From positions 1,798,001-1,862,000 of the forward strand of contig MU058221.1 of the NCBI GenBank assembly GCA_013265495.1: a DNA stretch of 64,000 nt, given 5' to 3'. The position numbers and the translations under genes were made by a program. The notes under the pieces were generated by a model. That model was given only the letters and a program-made list of their open reading frames with translations, was not told the DNA's origin and made no database searches. Below are positions 63,301-64,000 of this stretch, in pieces (the stretch's first letter is position 1; every line of letters starts with the position of its first letter). Source of the DNA: Vicugna vicugna (Eukaryota).

Positions 63301-63708
63301 GGAAGGACAGAGAAGGGGAAATGGAGTCCATGGTCAACAGAAGGACAAACGGCAGTGCACTCAGTACTTGGCTCCCCCCTGCCCGCCGCCACAGGCAAGA
63401 CGCACCTCTCTCCCTAGGAGACAGCCTGGAAGTCCCATGCTGGCACCACTACCAGCTTAAAGCACAGGACGTCTCTGTGATGCACAAGTTCCTCACCACA
63501 GTTTCCTTTCATGAATGTTATCTTTCCTTACACACACAATACGCAGAGATGGGACAAAGAGAGAGTGACTGCAACAAAACCTCCCGTGAGAAAAGGTGAA
63601 AACGTAAGGCCCATTGAATTAACTGGCTCGTCGTGCTGCCGACACAGCGCCAGGACGATGCTGCGAGGGAACTGTAACGTGGAGATGCGAAATGTTCTTG
63701 AGTATGTC

Positions 63709-64000
63709 TGTCACCGAACTCAAGTTCGACTGTCCACCGCTCAAAAATCAAAAATCAGCACTCGAGAGGGGCAACGTTGTTAGAATGGAAAGTTGCTTTT
63801 ATTCAGAATGACAGCATTCTGGGGAGACGGCGGACTCAGTGTCCCCTAAAGACCGTCTTCGAAGATTCTGTTCAGTCATGAAAGCTTTGAAGGGCAAACA
63901 GGAAGTAATCTCAGTTATCCATTGAGACAGCAGGTCAGAGTCATCACCGTCCTCCACTGCACGCAGGCTTGCCGACCTCTCGTGATCTACCCTCCAGATT
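63709..64000 (-). mobile_element. ERV1-class LTR running off the window end
   Basis: Begins tgtcaccgaa; antisense polyA signal ttttattc at ~63797; ctggggagacggcggactcagtgtcccc. Confidence 0.65.

Noticed and set aside
1..64000. CRISPR arrays, tRNA/rRNA genes, operon-like or novel protein systems
   Set aside because: None seen; this is mammalian repeat-rich non-coding DNA. Small exons of a long-intron gene cannot be excluded by eye

Overview
Mammalian non-coding DNA, intergenic or deep intronic. It is probably cetartiodactyl and most likely camelid, judged from recall of the young L1 3'-end style and ERV1 LTRs, and from the absence of recognisable Alu, B1/B2, Bov-tA or PRE-1 SINEs. I can support no protein-coding gene. 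The only ORFs with recognisable homology are L1 ORF2 C-termini and a decayed Tigger2 transposase N-terminus. The window is a mosaic of old repeats (L2, MIR, L1M, MaLR, hAT and Tc-mariner relics), about eight younger L1 3' fragments, ERV1 solo LTRs and a U1 snRNA retrocopy with target-site duplication (TSD). It also holds an orphan CpG-island promoter at about 19.0-20.2 kb and several repeat-free, TAAT-rich islands. The three most interesting observations are: (1) a ~345 bp mini-L1 whose extreme 5' UTR is joined to the 3' UTR at an AG-preceded position and flanked by a TSD; (2) an L1 at 49.8-50.5 kb carrying ~85 bp of flank copied from a nested insertion 18.5 kb away; (3) a CpG island with MYB, CRE, E-box and CCAAT motifs and no coding exon, a candidate germline lncRNA or pachytene-piRNA promoter. 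Repeat family names come from recall of consensus sequences, not from a database search, and boundaries of old repeats are approximate.
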